The position numbers were made by a program, and so were the translations under genes. The notes beneath the pieces are model-generated. The model worked only from the letters and a program-made list of their open reading frames with translations, had not been told where the DNA came from and ran no database searches. From Azolla caroliniana (Eukaryota > Plantae > Polypodiophyta), in the NCBI GenBank assembly GCA_043228905.1, contig JBHGNT010000001.1, positions 8,370,001-8,434,000 on the forward strand: a stretch of 64,000 nucleotides of DNA, in the 5' to 3' direction. This document shows, in pieces, positions 36,442 to 48,399 of this stretch. Each line of letters opens with the position of its first letter. Position 1 is the stretch's first letter.

Positions 36442-37623
36442 ATGGCTGCCATGGCGGGCCTTCTTCAGCTCCGTCCTGCGTCTCTCCATCATCCCAGACC
36501 ACGTTTGCAGCCTTTGTTGCGGCGCCCGCTCCCTCTCCCTCGCCCTGCCCCTTCTCTTCCTCTTACTTCCTCCACGCTTCGAATCGTTGCTCTGAAGCCG
36601 GATATATATAAAGGCAAGAATCATTTACCTTTTCTTTCTCATTTCTCCCATCCTCAAAGAGTGATGAGGCTCTTTCAGCGACTGCACAAGATTTACTGCC
36701 ATTCACTTTCGCCCTCATCAAACCAGAGTGCTACTCCTCTGGCACCTACTTAGTTGTAACACTTTGTTTTATTTCTGCTTCTTTTACATTGAGAGATAAC
36801 CACTTATGTCATAGATTGAATCTCTTCCTGAATTATCATTTTTTTTAATGGGTTTTCCTAGGAAATCCGCACATATCATGGCATAGTTTAAATGCCCAAC
36901 CTCTTCTGGAATTTGTGACAGATGTATTTTGTTTGACAGCAAAAAATCTACACTCAGGGTGCACATCAATGATGTCTATCACACGTTGATTGATAATAGA
37001 GCATGGCGGTAAGGGTATCTCTTACATGGCACACTATCTTGTGTAAAATAGTGGGTTATGTTGGATAGAGGATGGGAATCTCGTCTTCCATTCCTTGCAA
37101 ACGTGATTCTTTGGTGGGAAGGTCGCCTTTGGTAGCGTCATTAAAATGATGGAACATGCTTTTTTTGTACAGTGATTGAAGATTGCAGCCACAAATTTTG
37201 TACATGCACAGTTGCCAAAGCCATTTGAATAGTTCTGTCATAAACGGGGTAGTTTGTCACCTTTTCAGTGGATTTTCACTCAGGTGGCTAGAGTGTTATC
37301 CTCCCATGGTATAGACATTGGTATAGATAGTGTTCGACTACCATGGATATTGGGGTCTACGGTACAATTGAAGTATAAGAAATGAACTCTTGGTTATGAT
37401 CTCAATAGAGAACCATAACAGGTACTTAGGCTGAAAGGAAAATTGATTTGTCAGTTCTTACAACCAAACTTTCTGGACACCTTATACTCAGAGAAGTTGC
37501 CTTAATTTCAGCTAGTCTTACAGCACTTTTGAGGGCTTGCCTTGCTATAAGATCCCCTCTATTGTGGGGACAATAAGGGTTTTTTATATCCACATATCGT
37601 GTTTCATATCAACACTATTTTTT

Positions 37624-37662
<39 letters not shown>

Positions 37663-38414
37663 CAATTTAGCAGCAATGGGGATGGCTGTGCGGACTACAA
37701 AGGATATCTTAGATGCTGGAACAAAACTAGTTCCTGTAAGATCCTGATTGCTTGGGGCTTTCCCATTTTACAGTATCAATAATATATTATCATGTGAAGT
37801 AGTTACAACAGATAGAAAGCACATTGAGACTAAATTTATATGGATGATGGAAGCTCTATGCTCCTTATGGTTATAAAAGAATTATCAAATATCCAAGTTG
37901 TTCGGGGAAGCTTCATTGCTGCTGTGTTTGCATGCTACTAATAAACTTATGCTCATGTACTGTTGAATTGCAGCTCAATATAATGCATATAAGCATGGAA
38001 ATTAGAAGCAGAAATGATTGCTAATTGGATTTGTTCACAACTTTCCAGGACTATATTCCAAGACCTTTGGCCCAGGCAGGAGTAGCTGTTTTAGGGGTTT
38101 TGGCTTTCTCATATGTAGTGCAGTCATTATTTTCACTAGCTCTTTTTATCTTGGTGGGTTGGATAAATCTCTTGCTTAAAATTTTGATGACAAGACAAAG
38201 GTTTCAATTGGCAAATTAAGCATTTGCTATATGACAGGGCATTGGAGGTGTAGGCTATTACATCCTCTTTTACCTCAATAAAGATAACGATGAGGGTGGA
38301 AGCGGAGACGGAGGTGGAGGTGGAGGTGAAGGCAGCAGTGGAAATCTTTCAGACAGCAGTAACACAGATCTAACACTAGAGGAAGCAAGGAGAATCATGG
38401 AAAAATATAAGTGA
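36442..38414 (+). CDS. Small predicted plastid-targeted membrane protein of unknown function; exons 36442-36613, 37671-37735, 38049-38153, 38238-38414
   Basis: Arg/Pro/Ser-rich transit-peptide-like exon 1. Then DILDAGTKLVP|DYIPRPLAQAGVAV, two hydrophobic segments, a Gly-rich linker and the C-terminus LEEARRIMEKYK*, which resembles a conserved green-plant protein. Intron 1 has a GC donor. Confidence 0.8.
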
Positions 38415-39608
38415 TAAATGACATCATTGTGAATGTTTGCTAGGAAAGAGGTCAGAATTGTTTATGTCAGGATGATTGTTAGAATGCCTTGTTCTCTCAT
38501 GTGCACTTTGCTTATATATTTATTCTATATATATTTTTGGATGATACCAATATGTAATTGAGCATTGTATAGATCCTCTCACAATATGGGGATATTGAGA
38601 ATGAGAATTCATGTCAAGTTTCCAACAGATTTTGTCATGTTTGTACATGATATTCAGCCTGTATGCAAACCACAATTGTTTTGTCTAGATATATGATGTT
38701 GAGGGCTGTAGACTCTAGAGAGACACAAAGTTCCTGTATTACAGTATTCGAAGTTGGAAAGATTTTTTTTTTGGGTGTGTTCAATCATCACATCTATGAT
38801 GATTTCTTAAGTTTTAAGGCAAAAAAGAACCATAACTGTGTGCCAAAAAGTATAATTGTGTTATGTGACTGAAAGACTCCAGCACAGCCTAAAATCATTT
38901 CTACTACCTTTCCTGAATTGCATGGAAAGGGTTGTTATTTATGTAAAATCAGAAACCATGTTCAAAGCAGAGTGTAGATTCTGGCATGGCTCTTAATGAA
39001 CGAACATTGCATATGGACCATTATAATTCTGACTATCGAAGCCTGCACCACCAGAAAGAGACTAACTTCCATTGTGGTGTCTATCTGGTGTACAATACAA
39101 CATATGCAGATCAATCACATCATTTTTTGAGAAACAAGTCGGCCATATTCCTTATTATGATCATGGTTCTCTATGAATGTGTGTCTTGACACCCTTCATC
39201 ATGATGTAAGTGATTCACAAAGTACAAATGTGGATGTACAAAAGAGATTGCACATTTATCAGCATACATGTGATAATTTGTAACCTAATAAACAAATGTA
39301 TTATGCTATCATAGATAAGAAGGGTGCAGATGAATTACAAATATGCATACTGTAACTTTTTGACAAACCAATTTGTTTTCATGTTTTCTTAACTAGTGGC
39401 AAATTATTATTTTGTTACCCTCGAGATTTGCAAGTGAGGATTCCTGCAACAAAGAAAAGAGAATGGACAGACATGTCCATATTCATTTCTGTCAAATGCT
39501 TCATAAGTTAATCAGGACTTCCAAATGTCTTCAATGAGCTTTCGTTAAGTATGACATGTAATCAGGATTTACCCTTGATAAACGCTGGCGTTGCAATCAT
39601 TTCAAGCT

Positions 39609-39887
39609 CCTTTGTATCACATGTAATCTCTCTCTACAAGAACTAGACATGATGATTCATTCTTGTTTACAATACGAGTATATTTCTGAAAAGCTAGCAT
39701 TGCTTGGAATGTATGAAATATTCGACAACAATTGATTACTTAAGATTGCGCCTTTGTATCACATGTAATCTCTCTCTACAAGAACTAGACATAATGGATG
39801 ATTCATTCTTGTTTACAATACGAGTATATTTCTGAAAAGCTAGCATAGTTTGGAATGTATGAAATATTCGGCAACAATTGATTACTT
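39609..39887. repeat. ~140-bp tandem duplication
   Basis: CCTTTGTATCACATGTAATC...CAACAATTGATTACTT occurs twice (from 39609 and from ~39750), nearly identical. Confidence 0.9.
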
Positions 39888-40508
39888 GCTCAGCCCTTCG
39901 TAGGAGGGCAATGGTTATTTAAGTCCATGTTGAATCATCTTTTCCTCAAATGCAAGGAAAATTGCTATAAAAATCTTAAACCCTGACTCGTTAAACGTGA
40001 GGAAGACAAACTCAGGCCCAGCAATGCCTATTATTATTCATCATCAGATTGATCGAATCTTCTCTACTTTGTGCCACACTCAAATTTTCTTGCCTCACAA
40101 AAAAAAAATCCTCTTCCTTATGTCATTCTGCTCTATTTTTTTACAACCTACCCATCCTAAAATCGGATCACCAGTTAGAGTTGAGGATGTAGGGTATGCA
40201 AGTAATGTGGTTTTCTGGTGAGTTAAATCAGAAGACCCTGCTCATTACCTTCTTTCTCTTGAACTCTTACATTTCTACAGTGGTGATGTCATCGTGCTTA
40301 CAAGGTGCAACGTCTTTCTCATCCATATCCACTGCATGTTAAAAGGTTTCTCATCCAAGATCCATATCATGTTAGATTAGAGCATTGTAAGTCTAAGAAT
40401 GTCAAATATGCCTTCAATCACCAATAAGAGCAGAGTAACGTGTTTTGCGTAAAAAGCCACTCTTTAACTTCTTTCTCTTGAGCAGTTTACATTTCTAGGC
40501 CAGTGGCA

Positions 40509-42596
40509 TCATCCTGCTTGTAGGTCACTCTTATCAGCATCAGCATAAATATTATACATACAAACATATGCTGCAGTGTCTTTCTCATCCATGTCCATTA
40601 CATGTCGAAATGCTTCTTCTCCAAGCTCCATATCCCCCCACTTCCAACAAGCACCATGCAAAGTATTCCATATAACAATAGTTGGTTGGATCGGCAACAC
40701 GTTTACAATCCACATGGCATTATCCAATTGACCAGCACGAGCAAGAAGATCAACCAAACAAGTGTACAGCTCAAGCGTAGGAATCACTCTGTAGTCTCTA
40801 GTCATGGACAAGAAATATGCTTGCCCTTCGGTCAGTAGACCTGCATGTATACAAGCATTTATCATGCTTCCAAATGTGACCATGTTGGGAATTTCTCGTT
40901 CATTAGCCATTTGATCGAAGATCAAGTTAAACACATTTTCACTCTCCCCTTTCTGTGCATATCCTGCTATAAGTGCATTCCAAGAGACGAGGTCCCTAGT
41001 CGGAAGATTATTAAAGACTTCCTGAGCTTTGTCAAGCAAGCCACATTTAGCATACATATCAATGAGTGCATTTCCAAATATAATATCCGTCTCAAGAAAC
41101 CCTTTATGGATGGTCTCTCGATGTATTTCTTGACCTTTCTCTATGGCCCCCAAGGTCCCACATATTTTGAAGCAACAAGAATATGTGATTGCATCTGGAG
41201 TGATGCCCTCCGATACCATCTTCTCCACACAATTGAAGGTTTCCTCACTTAGTCCTTGCTTCACATATCCTCCAATGAGGCCATTCCACGTAATTGTATC
41301 TCTCTTTGGGAGTGTATTAAGAAGCTCATGGGCCTTACTGAGCATGCCACATTTTACGTACATGTCAATCAATGCATTCCCAACAATGGGATTCGTTTCC
41401 AACGACCAGATTTTGATGATCTCATGCAAATCATGCCCTTTATCTATGTCTTGAACGATTCCACATGCTTTCACACCATAAACAAGTGCGATGGCATCTG
41501 GGGAAACCCCATCGAGACACATTTGTTGGAAATAGTTGAGCGCCTCTTCCCCATGCCCATGTTTAGCACATCCAGAAATGAGTGAAGTCCATGATACAAC
41601 ATCTCGTATTGGAAGCTTTTGGAACACCTCGTGCGCTTTTGTGAGTAATCCCAAACTACCATACATATCGATCAACGTATTAGCAACGATAAGATCAGTT
41701 TCCAGCCCTTCTTTGGAAACCTCTGCATGTATTTTTTGCCCCTCCTCAGAAGCCCCAATGTTACCACAAGCTTTCAAGATGCATACAAAAGTTACAATTG
41801 TCGGGGAAATACCTTCGCAGCGCATGTGCCTGTAGAGTTCAAGGGATTTCTCACCTTGCCCTACCCTCGAGAAGCCTGATATGAGAGCATTCCACGAAAC
41901 TACGTCTCGAACAAGGAGTTCTTCGAACACTTCCTCAGCTTTATCAACCATATCAAATCTTACATACATATCTACCAACGCGCTTCCAACAAAAAGATCT
42001 TTTTGCAGACCCAACTTGCATATATCTTCATGTAAAGACCATGCTTTTTCCACATCTTTGAGTTTAATACAAGCCTTTATTAAGGACACAAAAGTATGCC
42101 CACTAGGCTGAACAGAGTCCTCTTGCATTTTGTGATAAAGCAAGAAAGCACGGCTTAGCTTGCCACATTTGATGTGACCAGAGATTAATGATGTCCATGA
42201 GAATTCATTGCGATAAGGTAGGGACCGAAACGCTTCTTCGGCTTCGGCGAGTTTCCCGACATGAACTAACAAGCAGACAAGCTGATTACCCAGTGATCTG
42301 TGAGCTTCCATGATCCCTTCGTCTCTCATGTAGGCATATAACCGGGAAACATACGACGGGTTCTTCTTTTTTATCATTCTGCATTGCCGGAGGATGTCAG
42401 CGATGCGATCGAAAACAGAGGAGCAAGGATGATTGGAGCTAGCCCTTGATTTCTCAAGGAATGCAATGGATTCTTGGAGGGAATCATGACAGGTGTTAAG
42501 GCTGGGGGTGGGGGGGCTGTCCCCTGGCTCGATGCTGCTGCTTCTTCTGCTGCTGCGAAAGGTCTGTATGGGTTTACGAGGCAGAGCCACAGACAT
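40509..42596 (-). CDS. PLS-class pentatricopeptide repeat protein with E domain, no DYW; intronless
   Basis: Open frame with repeated P/L/S motifs (ALIDMYAKCG..AQEVF..RDLVSWNALIAGY) and an E-domain-like end (WNTLHGACWKWG..AAYVCMYNIYA). First ATG at 42596; the ORF track starts at an upstream GTG. Confidence 0.93.
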   Translation of the reverse strand: MSVALPRKPIQTFRSSRRSSSIEPGDSPPTPSLNTCHDSLQESIAFLEKSRASSNHPCSSVFDRIADILRQCRMIKKKNPSYVSRLYAYMRDEGIMEAHRSLGNQLVCLLVHVGKLAEAEEAFRSLPYRNEFSWTSLISGHIKCGKLSRAFLLYHKMQEDSVQPSGHTFVSLIKACIKLKDVEKAWSLHEDICKLGLQKDLFVGSALVDMYVRFDMVDKAEEVFEELLVRDVVSWNALISGFSRVGQGEKSLELYRHMRCEGISPTIVTFVCILKACGNIGASEEGQKIHAEVSKEGLETDLIVANTLIDMYGSLGLLTKAHEVFQKLPIRDVVSWTSLISGCAKHGHGEEALNYFQQMCLDGVSPDAIALVYGVKACGIVQDIDKGHDLHEIIKIWSLETNPIVGNALIDMYVKCGMLSKAHELLNTLPKRDTITWNGLIGGYVKQGLSEETFNCVEKMVSEGITPDAITYSCCFKICGTLGAIEKGQEIHRETIHKGFLETDIIFGNALIDMYAKCGLLDKAQEVFNNLPTRDLVSWNALIAGYAQKGESENVFNLIFDQMANEREIPNMVTFGSMINACIHAGLLTEGQAYFLSMTRDYRVIPTLELYTCLVDLLARAGQLDNAMWIVNVLPIQPTIVIWNTLHGACWKWGDMELGEEAFRHVMDMDEKDTAAYVCMYNIYADADKSDLQAG

Positions 42597-42988
42597 GGAT
42601 GGTCCAGGTCCCTCTCTCACGGCTGAAGAACAAAATTCTCAAAGAACCCAACCCACACACACAACACACAAAGGTGGAAAGCCTGAAGGAAGGAAGGAAG
42701 GTAACAAGTTACAACAAAAACATCACAAAACTGTTGAGATTGAGATTGGCTATGGAGTCCTATGTTGGAAATCCCCCCCCCCATGTATGCATGCATGTAT
42801 GTATGTATGTATGTATGTATGTATCTCCCTGAGTGATCGATCCGCAATTCCCAAGTCTCGAGCAATAATATATAGGCTTCTTGTCGATACCCTACCACTT
42901 TTACCCTTAACGTATCAAATAGCCTCAATAAGAACCCTAGTGTGCCTACAGCAGGCTACAATCCCCTCCCTCTCACCGAATAAAAGCT

Positions 42989-43080
42989 CACCCATGCTAC
43001 TGCCATGGCCTCCTTCTAACACGTCGCAACCACCCATGCTACTGCCATGGCCTCCTTCTAACACGTCGCAACCACCCATG
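42989..43080. repeat. 42-bp perfect tandem duplication upstream of the PPR gene
   Basis: CACCCATGCTACTGCCATGGCCTCCTTCTAACACGTCGCAAC twice, plus a partial third copy. Confidence 0.9.
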
Positions 43081-45044
43081 CACTTCACTTTTATAAACTA
43101 ACTAGCTTGACCTTTTGCGTGTGTGATGTATATAAACTAGTTTGCATTCGGCATCCCCCTCCCCCCCCCCCCCAATAGATGGAATCGACTCTGCGAAGTC
43201 TGGAATGGTCAAACCAATCAGCTGCATGTAGAGAACTTCTAGGTTACAATTTGAATGTAATTAGGATTTCCATTAAGTGAAGAGTATTGTTCTCCATGTG
43301 TGAAAGTCTTTTGTAGTAAACCACGTTTTTTTTAGAGCAATTTGTTTGATCTCAAACTAAATAGATCGAGAAACATTTTGTGATTCTTGCAACTAAAAGG
43401 AATAACTTCTTAGGTCATATCATTGTAGATTTGATATCATACATAAAGAACTAGGGCAATGAATTCATGCAAATTTTAGCTAGGTTTTATTACTATAAGA
43501 CTGTTTGATGTCTAATGCTTTGCTAGTATAGTGTGTATTCTAGGCAACCTTTATTCTTGTGCAAACTTTGGTATGAGAACTTCGAAGCCTAAAATTTGGG
43601 AGGTATCATTGGTGCTACCTTATGGAAAGTCTAACTTTCATATGTATAAACAAGGGTAAACGATTGTGCCTTGCAACGTTGACTATGGCTAGCTCAATCC
43701 ACGACAAATGGCTTTGATGTTTGCGATCATATGATTAACTATTCATAATTTAAGTTTAAGATGGTATTGCACACCGACATATTTCTATTAAAATAATAGT
43801 TGCATGTTGCATTCGTCGTAATTTTGTTATGATATCATATTGCAAATAGAGAGTTTGTTCCTGCAACAATTGTTTCACAAACATTGAGACTACATTTTTC
43901 TTTCTACAAGGCAAGGACGTTTAAAAGACAACGCGAATGACATACGTACAAACTTGAAGATAATCCATAACCGCCTCATGTACATACAATATGAAAAATA
44001 GATTTTATTGCAAAAATAACTTCAGTACGAATGCACAAGGCATCTCTCCTTAATGTGAGATATATTAACATTTCTACGAGGCTAATATGAAGAACCAACA
44101 CAAATAATTGATAATATGAGGTTTTAAGAGTGTAAACAATAAAAATTGTAGAACTTTTTCATAACTCTTGGTGTTTAACATTATGTTAACTTATGGTCTT
44201 AAGTGATATATAGGAAAACCAAAAAACTAGCTAGAAAGAATCCGATAAGGATGAGACAAAACTACGAGCAACATTATTTAGAGAGAGGTGAGAGGATCTC
44301 GAAAGATGTTCACGAAATTGGTGTGAAGGAATCAAAACAAGCATACAACACACACAACTATTTTTCAATCCATCAAAGCTTGAAACTCAAGGGACACACA
44401 CTATATCATTATATATGTGTGTATTTTAAAATATCTTCATTGTAAAAAGGTTTGAGGGTAAAAGTAGAAGAACTTGCATGATACGTGTGTGCGTCGTTGA
44501 ATTAATTATTCCCCAACATTGAGAAATCTAATGCTATCTATACAAGCGCGGTAGGTGCTTATCCCTTAGGCATGCATCCATATTTTGCTCTGAATATACA
44601 AGGAGCCCTGCGTTGGATGGTGGATATGTGGTTATGGAACATCTGTGGATGAGTTCGAGATGTTTTTAGGTGATTTACGCACAAATAAGGTGTGGGCTCA
44701 TAGAAACCAAAGTACTCTCAATGCACAAAATATATGTAAGCGCAAACGTTAGCTCTCACGTGACAAGTGAAACGAGGCCATGAGTCCCAAGCGATAGAAA
44801 GCAACAATCCCAAAGACCGAGGAGCTTATTAAACAATCCTCCCTGCCGCCCTTACATATACCTACCTATGTCTATCTATATATGTACGTATATATTGATT
44901 TGTCTATCTATATTCCCACGAACAAGAGAGGTCATATTAAATTATCGACGAACAATGGAAAGATGGGAAGGAATGGCATAAAATGCTATATGACCAGGGT
45001 CTATAAATGTGGTTTCTAGAAAGAGGGAGCATATATGTATATCC

Positions 45045-45270
45045 ATCTACATATATACATACACACAAATACATACATGCATGCATGTGCACACATACAT
45101 GCATACATACATGCATAGATGCATACATGCATACATACATACATACATACACGCATACATACATGCATACATACACATACATACATACATACATACATAC
45201 ATACATACATACATACATACATACATACATACATACATACATACATACACACACACATACATACATACAT
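45045..45270. repeat. (TACA)n microsatellite
   Basis: Long imperfect ATAC run. Confidence 0.95.
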
Positions 45271-46595
45271 GTGTATTTTCCATATCTTCCTTCATATCTT
45301 TATTTCCTTGCCATTTTATTTTATTTTATTTATGTCCTGAACCTTCCTCTCTCTCTCTCTCTCTCTCTCTCATTTTCTTCTTCACCATTTGTTTAGTTTT
45401 TGGCCATGGCTGTTACTCGTCTTCTTCTGCCTCTGTTTCTGTTTCTGTTTCTCCTTGCAAAATGACGAGCGCTGTTAACCCTGACTCTTCATTTCTTTCT
45501 TCCATCCTCTGATTGAGAAATATCCCCAACCTTCCACACACCATCCCTGCTCCATTGGTGAGTTCTTTTTCTCTATCTTAGACGGAAACTTCGTTCTTCT
45601 TACCTTTCTTCTTCTTCTTCTCCTGTCACATTTCTGCATATTTCTTATCCCCTTTCCCTGCATCTTTCATATTTATTCGTTTTTTTAAGTAGATTTCATT
45701 TTCTGCCATCAGGATTTTCATATATTCCTTGTCTGACTTCATTTCGACTGCAAATAATATTTCTTGTAAGATCTTCTTTCCATAATCGTGGTCTCTCTGC
45801 ATCTTGAAGTCTTTTTTTTGTTTAGATGGACATTCGTTGCCTTGCACAATCCTAAAGTATGTGAAGATTTAAGCTTAATTCATGATTTCCGTGACTTGTT
45901 GTATGATTCAGATATTGTTTATCATGCACCACTCTTAACTATGTGAAGTTTAAGTTAAAGTTCAGAATCATGACCGTAGGCCATTGTATGATCTAGAAAT
46001 TTGGTATCTTTTCCTTGAATATTTCAAAGTAAATCCATGATTAATATGTAAGTAATTGTATTCTCCATCCATAATTTTTTTCCTTGCAAATTCGTAGTTT
46101 ATCTGGGGCGGATGCCTCCCCCACCTGCTACAACCATTTGCACACCTAGATACTACAATGAATGCTTCAAGTCATTTTATGGTTGGGAAATTGATGCGAT
46201 TCTATGATTCATGGATTGAAAAATGGAAAAGCTGTAATGCTGAAAACTCTAATGTGTTGCTCATTTGGTTGATCTCCCCAATGAATGAGATGTGCTTCAT
46301 TCGATGTATTTTCTAGTTAGGATTTTATTGATGTGATTGTATGTGTCATCTCATAGATAACATAGGAATTATATGCCTTGGGCCTCCTACAAACTTAAAC
46401 TCAACTCTTAACCCGGTCCTGAAATTCAAACAGTTTTCTCCTTTCAGTGAACTTAATGTGATCCTATGTGTCATCTTTAATTGTATGATCCAGACATTGA
46501 TGTGATTTTGTGTGTCATTTGATTGAAAAAGTTGGAGAAAGATCTGACCTTGTTCCACTTGCAAATAATTTCTTAATGTAGTGGCAGAAGCTCAA

Positions 46596-47027
46596 ATGTC
46601 GAGCTCCTTTAAATTGATCTGCTTGCTTCACTCCTGTATTGATGTGGTCTCTGGGTCTCTCATAATGTTCTTCCTCAGCGAGATGGCCACGGTTGGTGTA
46701 GGAAAAGAAACAGCAAGTAAACTGTTAGGGTCCACTCCACATGATCAACTACTAATCAAAACATCTGAAGCACTTGTTGGCGTCTGCTATGTTTTTATTG
46801 GAATCATGCTCTTCATGGTTGCCTTTGTTAAAGACAAAGAGTTTCAGAGCTTTTTTGCCAAAGGTTGTGTGCTCATGCATATGCTAATGGCTGCTTGGAG
46901 ACTCTTCTTTGAGAGAAGGATCGAAGATGTGGCTTGGGATTGGCCTCGGCAGATAATTGGTGACTTCTTCTTAGCTATGTCTTGGGTGCTCTTTCTAGTG
47001 AAAAATTGGAGAGAGAAGTATGACTGA
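46596..47027 (+). CDS. Conserved plant multi-pass membrane protein of unknown function (GSTPHDQLLI family, DUF7865-like); single coding exon; probable 5' UTR intron 45558-46581
   Basis: FKLICLLHS..KLLGSTPHDQLLIKTSE..FQSFFAKGC..WPRQIIGD..WREKYD*; GTGAGT donor at 45558 and TGTAG acceptor at 46581. Confidence 0.85.
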   Translation: MSSSFKLICLLHSCIDVVSGSLIMFFLSEMATVGVGKETASKLLGSTPHDQLLIKTSEALVGVCYVFIGIMLFMVAFVKDKEFQSFFAKGCVLMHMLMAAWRLFFERRIEDVAWDWPRQIIGDFFLAMSWVLFLVKNWREKYD

Positions 47028-47320
47028 AAAGATTTCAAGGTTGATCATTGGTTTCGATTACTAATTTATCAGGTAAATGTCTCAGCGGAGTATGACTGAA
47101 GGGATTAGAGATTGGTTTTCTCATTAACATTATGAGGTAGATTCTTGTAAAAAAATCACAGTATGATTTAAAGAATCACAGATTGGTCTACATATTAACC
47201 TTATAAATTATGAGGTAGACATTTCATTAAAAATCGGCAAAAGAGAGAGAGAGAGAGAGAAGCAATGATCAAAAGGATTGCAGATTGGCTTGCATAGTCA
47301 TCATGTTGGTTAGATATTTC
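47017..47320 (+). repeat. Degenerate ~70-bp tandem repeat starting at the last codons of the 46596 gene
   Basis: AGTATGA(C/T)T(G/T)AA..GATTGG..TTATGAGGTAGA recurs near 47017, 47089, 47160 and 47263. Confidence 0.65.
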
Positions 47321-48399
47321 ATCTTTTGATTGAACCGAGAGGTTTTAGTTTTTTGGGATGAGTCTTCATCAATCGAGGAAGAGGAATCAGGGTTGAAGCA
47401 AAGTTGATTGTCAAAATATCTGTGTAATCCGTAATTTCAGTAATGGAGTTGCCATCCAGGTTGTTTGTATATCACTGTCACTTCATGTTGTAACTTGTAA
47501 GGAAACTTTGGAAAACTCAGTGTACAAAGATTTTTCATTTGATGGTGTGTACTAGGCAAATGAAATTACGAACACTACATTATTTGGGAGTACATGGAGT
47601 TTCACATCCAATTTTGTGTTTTCAACTGCAAGTAATAGCATTTCTTGTTTCTTGTTATTTTTTGGATGCAATTTGCACTGTGGCTGGCCATTTCAATGTT
47701 TGGTGTGGAAATATCTTTGTTTGATGGCACAATCATGCGTACATTTGTCTCGTGTATATACAGTTCCCATTTTCAAAATTGCTATGCCTCCATGTAGCTG
47801 CATGACCGAGCAAGTACTATGATGGTGATGTCTAAGCTTTAATTTATGTTAAAGTTATTTTGAGGTCTGTCCTTTTGGTAGAGGCTTATCAAATAGATGA
47901 ACTTAGTTGTGGTGTAGTTCATGGAACTCTTGCTCAGCTCAGTCTTAGTCTCTTTTCAGATAGTGAAATCTGAAACCATGTTGAAAACCTCCACAAAAGG
48001 CAGTTAATGAATTATGCTTTGGAAATTGATGTCAAGTCTACTTTGAAGAATTGTGTTCTTACTTCTATTAAAAGTCAACATTTACTTATTGAGTCACTGA
48101 TTAATTGTGTGTGTAAACAAGCTGAATGGGAAACAGTTGCTCTCTATACATTTGTTCAATTCATCTGAGCATAGTTGTAATGCATTTGCCTTTTACGAAC
48201 ATCAAGATTTCATCTCTGAAACTAGTGAATCATTGCTTTCCCTCATCTTCTAATTATTGCTTTTTTCTGTATAGAAAATTCTACATTCAATTTCAAAATG
48301 GTATATATTTGATATTCTGTTGGGTCCATAATTGTTGGGGCAAAAGGTATTGTATGAGTTGTGGAATCAACTCTATTGCACTGTGAGTTCTTTACTTAA

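Noticed and set aside
35944-36753. 269-aa ORF with an RS repeat and a 70-aa poly-HG ORF
   Set aside because: Both start at non-ATG codons and are read-throughs of the hexamer and TA repeats; only 36442-36613 fits a spliced gene.
44937-45512. Several HTYI/MYVC-repeat ORFs
   Set aside because: Artefacts of the (TACA)n microsatellite.
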